Part shown: in pieces, positions 50,209-59,760 of the stretch
Position numbering within the stretch: position 1 is the stretch's first letter
Layout: each line of letters opens with the position of its first letter
IMG/VR virus record: IMGVR_UViG_3300031952_000001
Coordinates: 124,001 to 188,000 of that record
Direction: 5' to 3' (one strand)
Length of the DNA stretch: 64,000 bases
Translations under genes and position numbers: made by a program
Notes under the pieces: generated by a model
Databases searched by the model: none
The model's input: only the letters and a program-made list of their open reading frames with translations
What the model was told of the DNA's origin: nothing

Positions 50209-51459
50209 ATGGCTTTCCTCTCGGAAGAATTAGTTAATTTCTCATTTAAGGGGTGGAACGCCCTTCTGGGCACGGCTAATAGAAATACATCGCCCAACAA
50301 TCTAGCGTGGTACGAAGAATTCTACCCTGCCGACGTCGAGGTGAAGCCCCTTCAGATCCTCGTCGAGTTCGACCAGATCCCGATTGCCCCGGATCTCGTG
50401 ACCGCGCAGGCGAACGCCGCGGCGGCCCCATCGAGGATCGCGGACTACTCCCTGGCGACAACCGCTATTCGGCTCACGCCAACGGTCAACCAGACTGCGT
50501 TCTTCGCTCTGAGCACCTTCGGTGACTGGACGACAAGAATGCAAAACTGGTTGCTCCCCCAGCACTACCCCTTGGCGGACGGAACCCCCTCGTTCGGGTA
50601 CCAGGTGCGGCTGTGGAACGGTGATCCGAATGCCGGTGGTGTCGAGATCTTTCCAACTACTGGAAAAATCGATGCTTTTACCGCTTGGACCTTCTCGTAC
50701 GGTGCCGGCGCTATCGTCATCGCCTCGAACGCAGTGGCGGCACTCATCACCGACGTCAACCAGGTATATATTCAAGGATTTCAATACGTTGGCCCCACGG
50801 GTGTCGTCGCCAGCACGGCGAAGATCTTCACGTACCCCTTCACGGCGCAGATGGCGATCACGGTGCCCCACAACCTGGGGACGAAGCGGCTGCTGTCCTA
50901 CATCCACGACGACGGCACCAACGATTTCGAGATCACCGGGGTGGCGGCGACCTGGCGGTACACGGACGACAACAACATCGACATCACCTTCGCGACCCCG
51001 ACCTCGGGGGTGGTCGTCGTGGGCAGCTTCGACGGCGAGACGTTCTACGGGGACTACGCCTCCGCGGTGAACCTGGTGCACGAGCATGCGTTCAACCAGA
51101 ACCACGGGTACAACACGTACGACCCGGTGACCTTCGACGACTACAGGTACGCCCTGTCGGCGTACACCTTCAACGGGGCCTACCAGGACCTGTCGAGCTG
51201 GGTGGCGGCTCGGGATGCGGAGTTCTGGCTGGTCGCAGGGATGCCGCGCCGGTACATGCAGACGTTCCCCAGCTCGACGACCTGGGTCGTGCAGCACAAC
51301 CTCGGCCGGCGGGAGGTGTTCCTGAGCGTCCAGGGCATCGGGGCCCTCGTCGGCGTGGACATGTACTCCATGGCGGCTACCGTGCAGAGAAATCTGAACA
51401 ATGTGACAATAACATGGGCTACTGCGAAGGCTGGCCGTGTTATGGTAGGGACAATCTGA
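50209..51459 (+). CDS. virion structural protein with HNLG repeats (fibre/baseplate-like)
   Basis: ITVPHNLGTK and WVVQHNLGRR repeats, each followed by NN.I/VxI.F/W...G.V. Confidence 0.7.
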   Translation: MAFLSEELVNFSFKGWNALLGTANRNTSPNNLAWYEEFYPADVEVKPLQILVEFDQIPIAPDLVTAQANAAAAPSRIADYSLATTAIRLTPTVNQTAFFALSTFGDWTTRMQNWLLPQHYPLADGTPSFGYQVRLWNGDPNAGGVEIFPTTGKIDAFTAWTFSYGAGAIVIASNAVAALITDVNQVYIQGFQYVGPTGVVASTAKIFTYPFTAQMAITVPHNLGTKRLLSYIHDDGTNDFEITGVAATWRYTDDNNIDITFATPTSGVVVVGSFDGETFYGDYASAVNLVHEHAFNQNHGYNTYDPVTFDDYRYALSAYTFNGAYQDLSSWVAARDAEFWLVAGMPRRYMQTFPSSTTWVVQHNLGRREVFLSVQGIGALVGVDMYSMAATVQRNLNNVTITWATAKAGRVMVGTI

Positions 51460-51468
51460 GGTGCATCG

Positions 51469-52908
51469 ATGAAGCAGCCATACGGAAACGCGCTACCGGC
51501 AGCCCCCACCAGGGGGGACTCCTGCTTCCGTGACGATGGGACTCTGCACTTCTGCTACACAGATGGAGTCTGGACTCAGATCAGCGGCGGGGCCTCTGCG
51601 TTCACGGACCTCACGGATGCTCCGGCGTCCTACGTCGGACAAGCGGGGAACGTCGTTTCGGTCAACCCGGGCGAGACCGGGTTGCAGTTCAGTCCCGCGG
51701 GCGGGACTTCTCGGCTGGAGTATGGCACTGCGGTTGTAGTCCAGGGGGATTCTACCAATTGTATAAGAATTGATTTCCCCCCTGAAGTGAACAGGCACGC
51801 GGCCGACATGTACAATCATCCGGGTGAGTATTTCGGTAAATGTAAGTTTGATGTCTTTGAAATTACAGGGGGGACACCAGCTAGCATTGTAAACTCCTGG
51901 CTCGGTCAAAGTTTTGCCAATATTGCAGCTCTGTATGCCTTCATACTCGCTAACTTTATTCCGGGGAGTGGTCCAGGAAGGGTAGCGAACTGGGCCCTCA
52001 TCAAGTGGTACGATGAAATCGACGACACCTATACACAGATTTCCAAGATCTGGGGGATCAACAAGTTCTACTCCATGCTGCGCGGCCGGGAGCACTACCG
52101 GGATTCCATTTACTGCCTCACCCCGGAGTGCATCCGCTGGAATAGGCTTGCTCTCTGGTTCGAGGACCTCTGTAACCAGAACGTAGGGTTCGGACCGGGA
52201 CACACATACAACCCTAATGATGAAAAAGCGATCTGGGTGTCCCGTAACGAAAAGAAGATGTACGGCCTGCCTCGTGCAGGGTTCACTTCATTTATAACCT
52301 CCGCTGGAGATCGGCGCATCTGGGACTGGGGTTCCTCTAGTTTTGACCCGCTTCCGGTACCGGTTGCTTATGTAAATACACCCTCTTGGGGGCTACCGCT
52401 CATGTACTGCCACCTCGACGTCAACACCGTTAGTTGGAGGTGGGATCCTGTTACCAATTATCTGTTCATGTATAATACCTCCCGTACTACATCGAGCACG
52501 GTGGTCTTATATGCCATGGAGTCTTCAGCTGACCCCAACCATCGGTCTTTGTTCTTGAAACCGCTCGGAATAGACCGCCTTGGTTTTAATTGGTTCGACT
52601 GCAGTATTTACGATCTGTACGGCCTCTATACCAGAAAAAATACGTCTCCTATCATACGGCAGCTTGCTGGCATTGCCCAGGAGACCGCCTCTCGTGACTT
52701 CGTGTGGGTCAACCGTCCCGGCTGGGACGTGGTTGCCCTCGGCCCTCAGGCTCGCTTATCGAAAAACATGGTGGGCTTGCAGCCCTGGACTACACAGTTT
52801 TTCCTGAGGGACAAAACGACCAAAAAAATATCTCGCGTCTCTGTAGCTCGCGTTGTTCGTTCTCAGAGGCACTACAACGCGCCCTTCAAGTACGAGGTGC
52901 GAAGATGA
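51469..52908 (+). CDS. fibre-anchored protein with unknown C-terminal domain (paralog A)
   Basis: N-terminal anchor shared with 53054, a FTDLTDAP repeat, and a ~400-aa domain homologous to 54941. Confidence 0.75.
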   Translation: MKQPYGNALPAAPTRGDSCFRDDGTLHFCYTDGVWTQISGGASAFTDLTDAPASYVGQAGNVVSVNPGETGLQFSPAGGTSRLEYGTAVVVQGDSTNCIRIDFPPEVNRHAADMYNHPGEYFGKCKFDVFEITGGTPASIVNSWLGQSFANIAALYAFILANFIPGSGPGRVANWALIKWYDEIDDTYTQISKIWGINKFYSMLRGREHYRDSIYCLTPECIRWNRLALWFEDLCNQNVGFGPGHTYNPNDEKAIWVSRNEKKMYGLPRAGFTSFITSAGDRRIWDWGSSSFDPLPVPVAYVNTPSWGLPLMYCHLDVNTVSWRWDPVTNYLFMYNTSRTTSSTVVLYAMESSADPNHRSLFLKPLGIDRLGFNWFDCSIYDLYGLYTRKNTSPIIRQLAGIAQETASRDFVWVNRPGWDVVALGPQARLSKNMVGLQPWTTQFFLRDKTTKKISRVSVARVVRSQRHYNAPFKYEVRR

Positions 52909-52920
52909 CAAGTTTATGCA

Positions 52921-53010
52921 GGTCCGCGAAGCGTCAGTCGGACCACCTAAGGTCTGCGAAGTGTCAGTCAGACCACAATAGGCCCGCGAAGCGTCAGTCG
53001 GGCCACTCAA
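52921..53010. repeat. triple 30-bp tandem hairpin array A
   Basis: GGTCCG/CGGACC, GGTCTG/CAGACC and GGCCCG/CGGGCC stems around the loop CGAAG(C/T)GTCAGT. Confidence 0.9.
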
Positions 53011-53015
53011 CGGAT

Positions 53016-53036
53016 GCCCTCGTGATGAGGGCTTCA
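53016..53036 (+). terminator. possible weak terminator or processing hairpin after array A
   Basis: GCCCTC-GTGAT-GAGGGC followed only by TTCA (no real U-tract). Confidence 0.3.
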
Positions 53037-53053
53037 CATAGGCAGTAGTCGCT

Positions 53054-54481
53054 ATGAAGTTCCCGTGCGGCGCAACTCTACTTCCGGCCCCAACGCAGGA
53101 CGACATCCAGGTCCGCACGACGGATGACACTGTGCACTACTGCAAGACCCCAGGGGTGTGGACCCCGCTCGCCGGGGGTGCCTCGGCTGCCTACCGCCTG
53201 TACGATGCGGTGGTGAGCGCCATAGGCACTCCCGGCGTAGATTGCGATTTCAACGACGTCCAGTCGGCTGTCAGCTCGGGCGCGAAGACGATCTACATCC
53301 GCAAGGGCACCTACCTCAACGTCGGAGCAGCGCTCACTTTCAACGGCTTGAACAACGTCCGTCTCATCGGAGAGGAGTGGTCGTCGACCATCATTCAGTC
53401 CGATGACTCCTTGAACCATGTCGTCGAGATGTTCAGTTGCAGTGACATGTCCTTCGAGAACATTAAGTTCGAGTTCGCTCTTCCACTGACTGGTGGGAAG
53501 GACGCCATCGTCTACACCGTAGGTGCATGCCACCGCATCAACTTCCGCCGCTGCTGGTTCTCTGGGGACAGCCCCCGCGCGGCTCCGGGTTTCGTAGAGC
53601 GCGGGATCTATTCTATGAACGGTGCGAAGACCTATTGGAATATTGACTGGTGCAGGTTCGACCGGTTGGCTTACTCGGGGATGACGCTGTATGACGGCTC
53701 CCCGGCGCGGGCTTGCAACTACATCAAGATCATCAACAACACGTTTACGGACGGAAGTGGGAACTTCGGTCTCGACACGTACGTTGGCTGCAAGTTCTGG
53801 GTCATCTCCTTCAACCACTTCGAGAACCTGAACTCGCCGGTTGCCAGTATTAGCGGGGCGCTGTTTTTTAACGGCCAGGCCGGCAGCTCGCTCAACCTCA
53901 AGCACGCGGTGTCGTTCAATGTCTTCAAGAATGTCCCCCTTGCCTGTCAGTTCGATCATAACTGCCACGAGATCATCATCAACGGGAACGTCTTTGACGG
54001 TACCGACGTGAACATCCGGTTCTGTCGCAACGACAACACACGGCATCATGTGAGTAACAACTACAACCATGGTGCTACCGCACTTAACGTGGACATCGAC
54101 TATACCAGCTTGGATGTGGACGCCGTCTTCTACCTCGGAGGAAACTGGCAGAACGAGCTGTGGAGGATCGTAGGAGATCCCAACCAGCCGGCGTACCTGA
54201 ACTCTTGGACGTTCGTAACGGCGTCTGCGAACGGCGCTGCGTTCGTCGTGGATGACAGCCACGAGGTCCTCCTCAGAGGGAACGTGACGGGTGGCTCCAT
54301 CGGTACGGTGATCTTCACGTTGCCTCCCAACCACAGACCCCCGGACTACCCCAGGCGCTTCGTCGTTGAGAGCAACGGCGGCTACGGGCTCGTGGAGGTC
54401 AACACGGCTGGGCAGGTGACCGCGCTGGCGGGCGACCCCACTCGGATCTGCTTGGACGGGATCCGGTTCAGAGTGAACTGA
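53054..54481 (+). CDS. tail spike/fibre with parallel beta-helix and C-terminal fibre-tip domain
   Basis: DFNDVQSAV...IYIRKGTY...VRLIGE beta-helix cap; C-terminal VLLRGNV..G..GTVIFTLPPNHRP typical of tail-fibre tips. Confidence 0.8.
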   Translation: MKFPCGATLLPAPTQDDIQVRTTDDTVHYCKTPGVWTPLAGGASAAYRLYDAVVSAIGTPGVDCDFNDVQSAVSSGAKTIYIRKGTYLNVGAALTFNGLNNVRLIGEEWSSTIIQSDDSLNHVVEMFSCSDMSFENIKFEFALPLTGGKDAIVYTVGACHRINFRRCWFSGDSPRAAPGFVERGIYSMNGAKTYWNIDWCRFDRLAYSGMTLYDGSPARACNYIKIINNTFTDGSGNFGLDTYVGCKFWVISFNHFENLNSPVASISGALFFNGQAGSSLNLKHAVSFNVFKNVPLACQFDHNCHEIIINGNVFDGTDVNIRFCRNDNTRHHVSNNYNHGATALNVDIDYTSLDVDAVFYLGGNWQNELWRIVGDPNQPAYLNSWTFVTASANGAAFVVDDSHEVLLRGNVTGGSIGTVIFTLPPNHRPPDYPRRFVVESNGGYGLVEVNTAGQVTALAGDPTRICLDGIRFRVN

Positions 54482-54933
54482 TGGCACGCGGCATAGAAAA
54501 ATGGGTCACCGGGCAGCAGTACAAGATGGGCGATTTTGTGATCGCCGAAAATCAAGAGCTGTTTGTCTGCATGTTCAACAACACCGCAGGGGCCAACTTC
54601 CTGACGGACCTCATCACGAACCACTACTGGGAGTACGTTTCCGCGCGCCAGACCATTCAGCCGGTGAACAGCAACATCGCCATCACTCCCGTCCGGCCGT
54701 ACCTTTACCTCGTGGACTGCTGGAACAACCCGGTCACGATCACCATCGACAGTAGCTTTTCTCCCGAGGGCTTGGAAATCTGCTTCAAGAAGGTCCGGGG
54801 CACGTACCCATTGACGCTGGTGAATGGAGGTGGGACCTTGATCGACGGGCAGGCGTCTTATCCGATCACGCCTCTCATGGAAACCCTTCGCATGGTCTAC
54901 GACACGAACCTGTCGTACTGGTGGATAGTGTGA
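54481..54933 (+). CDS. small virion adaptor protein
   Basis: WVTGQQYKMGDFV (CBM5/12-like N-terminus); T(L)IDG...Y...WWIV fibre-type repeat. Confidence 0.6.
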   Translation: MARGIEKWVTGQQYKMGDFVIAENQELFVCMFNNTAGANFLTDLITNHYWEYVSARQTIQPVNSNIAITPVRPYLYLVDCWNNPVTITIDSSFSPEGLEICFKKVRGTYPLTLVNGGGTLIDGQASYPITPLMETLRMVYDTNLSYWWIV

Positions 54934-54940
54934 GGACACC

Positions 54941-56128
54941 ATGAGCTTCAAAGACAAATCGTACAAGAAGGTCATGTACGACTCCTTCCTCTGCGTTGCA
55001 GTGGATGATCCTGTCGGCGCAGCTCTTTGGTACGGCAGGATGCGACGAACTGCTCCGACTCTCGAAGATGATGAGACGCGCCTTTTCGGTCATGCGTTCT
55101 ACGACATCACCTTCCGCATCGGAGGCGCTGTTCTGAACCAGATAGAAGGGCTCACCCTTCCGGCGAACCTCGGGGCTCTGGCAGCCGCCGTGATGGCAGT
55201 GACGCCGAACGGCGGTGGTGTTTACACCCAAAACGCTGTCGTCACCGTGTACGACAAGGTCGACTACTCGATTCCGCGGATCGAGAAGGTCTACGGTATC
55301 AACACCCCCATGTACCAGATTCGGGGGCGGCGGCACGGCCGCGACCATAGGACCGCCGTTGCGCGTCCCTACTCCGCAGGAGGCCAGCGGTGGCCTGCCC
55401 TCTATGATTTCATCCCCGCAGCGTTCCAGGCGTGCTGGGGTATGATCCCAACCACCGTCCCTTCGGACGCCAACGGTGGTTTCCGAACCCTGTGGACGGG
55501 TTCTGATAGTCGGAAGCGCTTTGGTGCTCCGAAGGCCGGAATGGTCACCCAAGGGTATCTTCCCGGGGAGCGTTACTACTACGACGATATTGCGAATACC
55601 TACAACGACTGCTTTGGTATTGAGATGACCATCGGATCCCCAGTCATCTGTTCCTGGGTGTCTTATGATACGTGGTGGTGGTACCTCTACTACCAGCAGG
55701 AAAATACAAGAATGGCCTTTATCTATCCGCAGTGCCTTGTATACCCTCTGTACGATTTTGCTAATCCGAACCGCAAGGCCTTGTTGGTAAAGGCCCTTGG
55801 GATCGACAGTGTCCATGTGGACCGTTACGACACCTCACGCTACATGCTGGAGGTCGTTGGGGTTCGCAAGGACCGCACTCCGAAGCTGTTGAAGCAGTTC
55901 AGTGGCTCCCCTGGCGACTACAGTGAGTGGAGGAATGCTTTCAGGATCCCGAAGGCTAGCTGGCTGCCGAAGCAGGGGAGCCTGATGGGTGCGGGAAGCA
56001 TCGAAGCCTGGAGGTTGAAGTTCCGTCTTCGTGACACCCTCACGAACCGGGTGGGGGCTTTCTCGAACGCGAGCATCGTACCGGTCATGAACACCCGGTA
56101 CCGGAGGTTGTTCTTCATGGTGAAATAA
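54941..56128 (+). CDS. protein of unknown function (paralog B of the 51469 C-terminal domain)
   Basis: YDKVD...IEKVYGIN...IRGRRHGRD; RKALLVKALGID; FRLRDTLT align with 51469. Confidence 0.75.
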   Translation: MSFKDKSYKKVMYDSFLCVAVDDPVGAALWYGRMRRTAPTLEDDETRLFGHAFYDITFRIGGAVLNQIEGLTLPANLGALAAAVMAVTPNGGGVYTQNAVVTVYDKVDYSIPRIEKVYGINTPMYQIRGRRHGRDHRTAVARPYSAGGQRWPALYDFIPAAFQACWGMIPTTVPSDANGGFRTLWTGSDSRKRFGAPKAGMVTQGYLPGERYYYDDIANTYNDCFGIEMTIGSPVICSWVSYDTWWWYLYYQQENTRMAFIYPQCLVYPLYDFANPNRKALLVKALGIDSVHVDRYDTSRYMLEVVGVRKDRTPKLLKQFSGSPGDYSEWRNAFRIPKASWLPKQGSLMGAGSIEAWRLKFRLRDTLTNRVGAFSNASIVPVMNTRYRRLFFMVK

Positions 56129-56147
56129 CCATGTTGACATTCAAGTA

Positions 56148-56234
56148 GGTCGCCTGGCTTAAAGTGCGACCGACTGAAGGCCGCCTGGATTCGAGTGCGG
56201 CCGATGGGGAGGCCGCCTGGATTAAAGTGCGGCC
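56148..56234. repeat. triple 31-32-bp tandem hairpin array B
   Basis: GGTCGC/GCGACC, GGCCGC/GCGGCC and GGCCGC/GCGGCC stems around the loop CTGG(C/A)TT(AA/CG)AGT. Confidence 0.9.
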
Positions 56235-56279
56235 GATGAGAGAAAGGGTTCTGATCTTGCGCCCGGCGGGGCCCGGTGT

Positions 56280-56310
56280 TTTAGAAATCCGAAACCCGCC
56301 ATAGTATACT
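56280..56310 (+). promoter_or_regulatory. class 3 promoter
   Basis: TTTAGAAATCC...TAG-TATACT. Confidence 0.65.
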
Positions 56311-56373
56311 GGGCGCAACCGAGAACATTCGGAGGGCTGGTCCCTTCGTCACAAGTTTGCAAGGAGAAGCAAC

Positions 56374-57033
56374 ATGTACCTGTACCTCAGATGTCTGGGC
56401 TCCACGAACGTGACGGTCACGGGCGACAACAACGTCCCGAACGTCTCTCTCACCAAGGGCGAGACGGAGACGGTGCTGGCGTCCCAGGCCATGGGCAACG
56501 TCGTGTTCTGCGACTCGTGCGCGAGCCTCATCACGAAGGCCCACCTCGAAGTCCGCGTCGGCACGGCCACCGGCCGCATCCTGACGGCGGCGGAGATGGA
56601 AGCCGTGAAGAACGGCACGCTGTTCGATCTCGACGAGGACGGCATGGTCGACGAGGCCGAGCACCTCGCGGGCGTCGAGTTCACCATCGATCTGGTGGAC
56701 GGCGTGACCGAGTGGTCGATGGTCCTCCCGGGCGACGGCTCCAAGCGGTTCATCCCGAAGCGCGCCCTCGTGCTGTGCACCGAGGACGACACCCTGGCGG
56801 CGGACGCGACCCTGAGCATCGGCACGGCTCCGGCCGGCACCCAGTACCTCAACGGCGTGGCGCTCACCGGCCTCAACAACACGAACATGGCTATCGAGAA
56901 GGTCATCGACGCCACGACGACGGCGATTCCGGCGGTCGCGGACAACGCGACCCTCTACTGCCGTCTCGCAGCGGCGGACACCGGCACGTCCGGCACCGCG
57001 AAGGTCGTGGTCGAGGGCACTTTCGTCGGCTAG
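56374..57033 (+). CDS. probable virion decoration/structural protein
   Basis: T/A/G/V-rich; N-terminus weakly resembles those of 41341 and 46694; class 3 promoter and AAGGAG RBS. Confidence 0.65.
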   Translation: MYLYLRCLGSTNVTVTGDNNVPNVSLTKGETETVLASQAMGNVVFCDSCASLITKAHLEVRVGTATGRILTAAEMEAVKNGTLFDLDEDGMVDEAEHLAGVEFTIDLVDGVTEWSMVLPGDGSKRFIPKRALVLCTEDDTLAADATLSIGTAPAGTQYLNGVALTGLNNTNMAIEKVIDATTTAIPAVADNATLYCRLAAADTGTSGTAKVVVEGTFVG

Positions 57034-58859
57034 GACCCACTTCGCGCTAGCATCCAGGTACCCTTTGTTGTATGGTAGGGCCTCGTCTGTCCTACACAAC
57101 GAGGTGCCAACATGCCCGAACTGAAAAACGCCGCTGAGACCGAGGAGGTCATCGGCGGGGACGTTCTTCGGAACTCCATCGACATCGTCACGAAGCCCGT
57201 CCTGGACCACCTGGAGGCGTCCGTCCTCCGGGCCATGGGGCTCATCACCGAGCAGGCTCCGAACCTGACGGAGCAGGAGAAGCTCCACTCCGAGGCCATC
57301 ATGTACGAGACCGCGGCCCTGACCTGCATCGGCCGGGTTCTCCAGATCGCCAACCAGGTCGACGCGGGCCGGCAGCTCGCCCTCCGGGATTCGCTCTGGA
57401 GCCAGCTGGACCTGATGAGGAGCCCTGCCGGTGAGCCAAAAGCGGATTAAGGACAAGCTGAAGCGCAAGGACGCCGTCCAGGCGCTCCGCGGGCTCGACT
57501 CTGTGAAGCAGCTCCCCGAGCTGCTGAAGCAGGCCTTGGAGGTCAACCAGGCCCTCGTCGAGGAGAACGCCCGGCTCAACGCCGAGGTCAGCAACATCCT
57601 CGAAGAGCACGACCAGCGCTTGACCACCCTGGAGAACGTCCTCGTGAAGAACTTCGCCGCCGCCACAGGAGGGTCTCATGACGGGTAACTACATCCACGT
57701 CCTACTGGACAAAAATCCAGGTGGTACCGAGGGCCAAGAGATCTGCGGCGGCTGCAAGCTCACCCTTCCGGATGACCTGGTGGGTTGGGAGGAGTTCCTC
57801 AACGGCGAATACGTGCCCGAGCCCCCGAACGCCGAGGGTTACTACCCGGTGCTCATCCTTCCGAAAGGGTATCGAAGGGGTGAGGTGGTGCTCGTCGAGC
57901 ATGAAGTCCTTTACGCCCGGCCGGCGCTCCGACGAAGGGACCTCTTCGTGTGGAGCGACCCCAAGCAAGGTGCCCGGATCGAGAAGCGCTGGAGCGTTCC
58001 TCTGCCCAAGATGACCTGCTCCCTGAACAACCCACTTTGGAGGAAGGTGCTATGAACCCAGACCGCGTCATCGTCGAGATCAAGACCAGCGAGCAGCACG
58101 GCAAGGCGTTCTGCGACGAGGGGTGCGACCACTTCGTGCTCTTCGTGAACTTCCCTCCGCAGGGCATCTGCAAGGTCTGCGGACCGCTCGCCGAGCCGGA
58201 CTCCTTGAACCGCTTCCCGCGTCACCTCGCCTGCAAGTACATCTGCGGCGAGGAGGTCCCCGAGCGCTTCTGGAGCCCGATGAGGGACGGCTGATGTCCC
58301 GCCTCTCCGAGGTCCTCGCGAAGCTCCAGAGGGAGTGCCCGGTCGGCGAGGACGGCCAGCCCGTCGGCGTCACCTACGAGGCCATCGTCGAGGCCCTCCG
58401 GCTCCACAAGATCGGGGAGGACTGGATCCTCCAGCAGCTCAGAGACATCGTCATCGCGGAGCTTGCGGCCGGCGTGGCTGCCTACCAAGGCACATGCGGG
58501 CCCGAGATCCGCTCTGCAACCCTGCACATCGCCGATGGCCGGCAGCTGGTCGCCTTGCTGAACGGCATCGTGGATGTCCAGGAGAAGCTCCGAAAGGAGC
58601 AGGAGGACTCATGGAAGAGACCAGAGCCACCTGGGTCTGGGTCCGATTCCCCGGACTCGGGAGAATCGAAGCCCAGATCCCCATCCCCGCCGACTGCTTC
58701 AGCTCCTCAGGAGAGCTGATCAAGGAAGACGCCATCGAGTACGTCGAGCGGTGGATGACCGACGACCTCAAGATGGAGTACGGCTGCTGCGAGACCCGGG
58801 AAGAGATCCCTGAGGTCTCCCCCGGCGAGCACTACTTCGGCATCTCGACCTCCACCTAG

Positions 58860-59760
58860 AGTTCAACCCTACCTTTAAGACCTTCAAGGTACCTTCAACC
58901 CTACCTTACCCTAGCCTTCAACCCTACTTTGAAAACCTTCAACCCTACCTTGAACCTTTGTTTTAACCACCACCAAGGTATAGTCAAGACCCCCTTGGTA
59001 CCCCTTCTGGGAGCTGAAAATACCATAGGTTTGAACCCTTCAAAGAGGTCTTGACTATACCTTCCTGGCGGTTGCATCGATGGTTACTATTTTATTAGAA
59101 GTTATACGTTTCATAACCCGAAATACTGTCAAAATTATTCAATGATTTATAGCGAACTAGCCTCTTGACTATACCTTGCCGACGGTTAGTGGCATACCTT
59201 CATAGGGTTGGAAGTCAAGGGGAAGATGGGCCTCAAATTCAACCCTCCCGGGAAGGGTCTTGGGTTGCAACCGCTGGTAAACAAGATGTCAAGGCCTTTT
59301 GAAGGGTGTTAGAAGGCCTAGCCGCTCAAGGCCGCGCGCCGTGCGCCACTGGTATTCTTGCGCTTTTCAACTGGGTATTGCAGCTGGTGTCCGTTTTTAC
59401 AGTATTTCTATCTTTCTAACTCGGTTTTCAACCTTTTCAACCCTGTTTTTGCGTTTTTTGCCGAGGGTATTCCTCAGATCCTTCAGAACTCTTCAGTTCC
59501 TTCAGAGTTCTTCAGGATCTTCAGAATACCCCCAGATGATCTACAGGAACTCTATAGCTATGTACAAGAACCACTTGGGATCAGGATCGTCCGATCCTAT
59601 TGATCCAGCTTTGTAAGTTTATTCATCAAAATTAGACTGGGATCGTCTGTACGACTTACCTTTAAGGGGCTCGAAGAGCATTCAACTTGGGAAAACCCCC
59701 GGGGCGATTTTTACATCATTTGGTGATGTATTGGCAAGGTATGCCTACAACCCGTAGGGT
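58860..59760. repeat. non-coding repeat block upstream of the packaging genes
   Basis: TTCAACCCTAC at 58862, 58894, 58917, 58938; TCTTGACTATACCTT at 58975-58989 (inverted), 59049 and 59163; C(T/C)TCAG run at ~59472-59524; AT-rich 59085-59150. Confidence 0.75.

Noticed and set aside
52905-53048. 47-aa ORF MTSLCRSAKRQSDHLRSAKCQSDH... overlapping hairpin array A
   Set aside because: The 30-bp period keeps a frame open trivially. The equivalent array B has 31/32-bp periods and an early stop, and the substitutions preserve base pairing rather than amino acids. Not fully excluded, given the ATGA overlap.
52921-56234. Hairpin arrays as mini-CRISPR, TIGR arrays or DGR cruciforms
   Set aside because: There are no unique spacers, since loops are near-identical within each array. 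No Cas, Nop-domain or reverse transcriptase gene is seen, there is no TR/VR pair differing at adenines, and the upstream proteins lack a CLec-type terminal motif.
59299-59616. ORFs 59299-59616 and 59358-59603
   Set aside because: Atypical composition, overlap with the CTTCAG repeats and no RBS; treated as non-coding.
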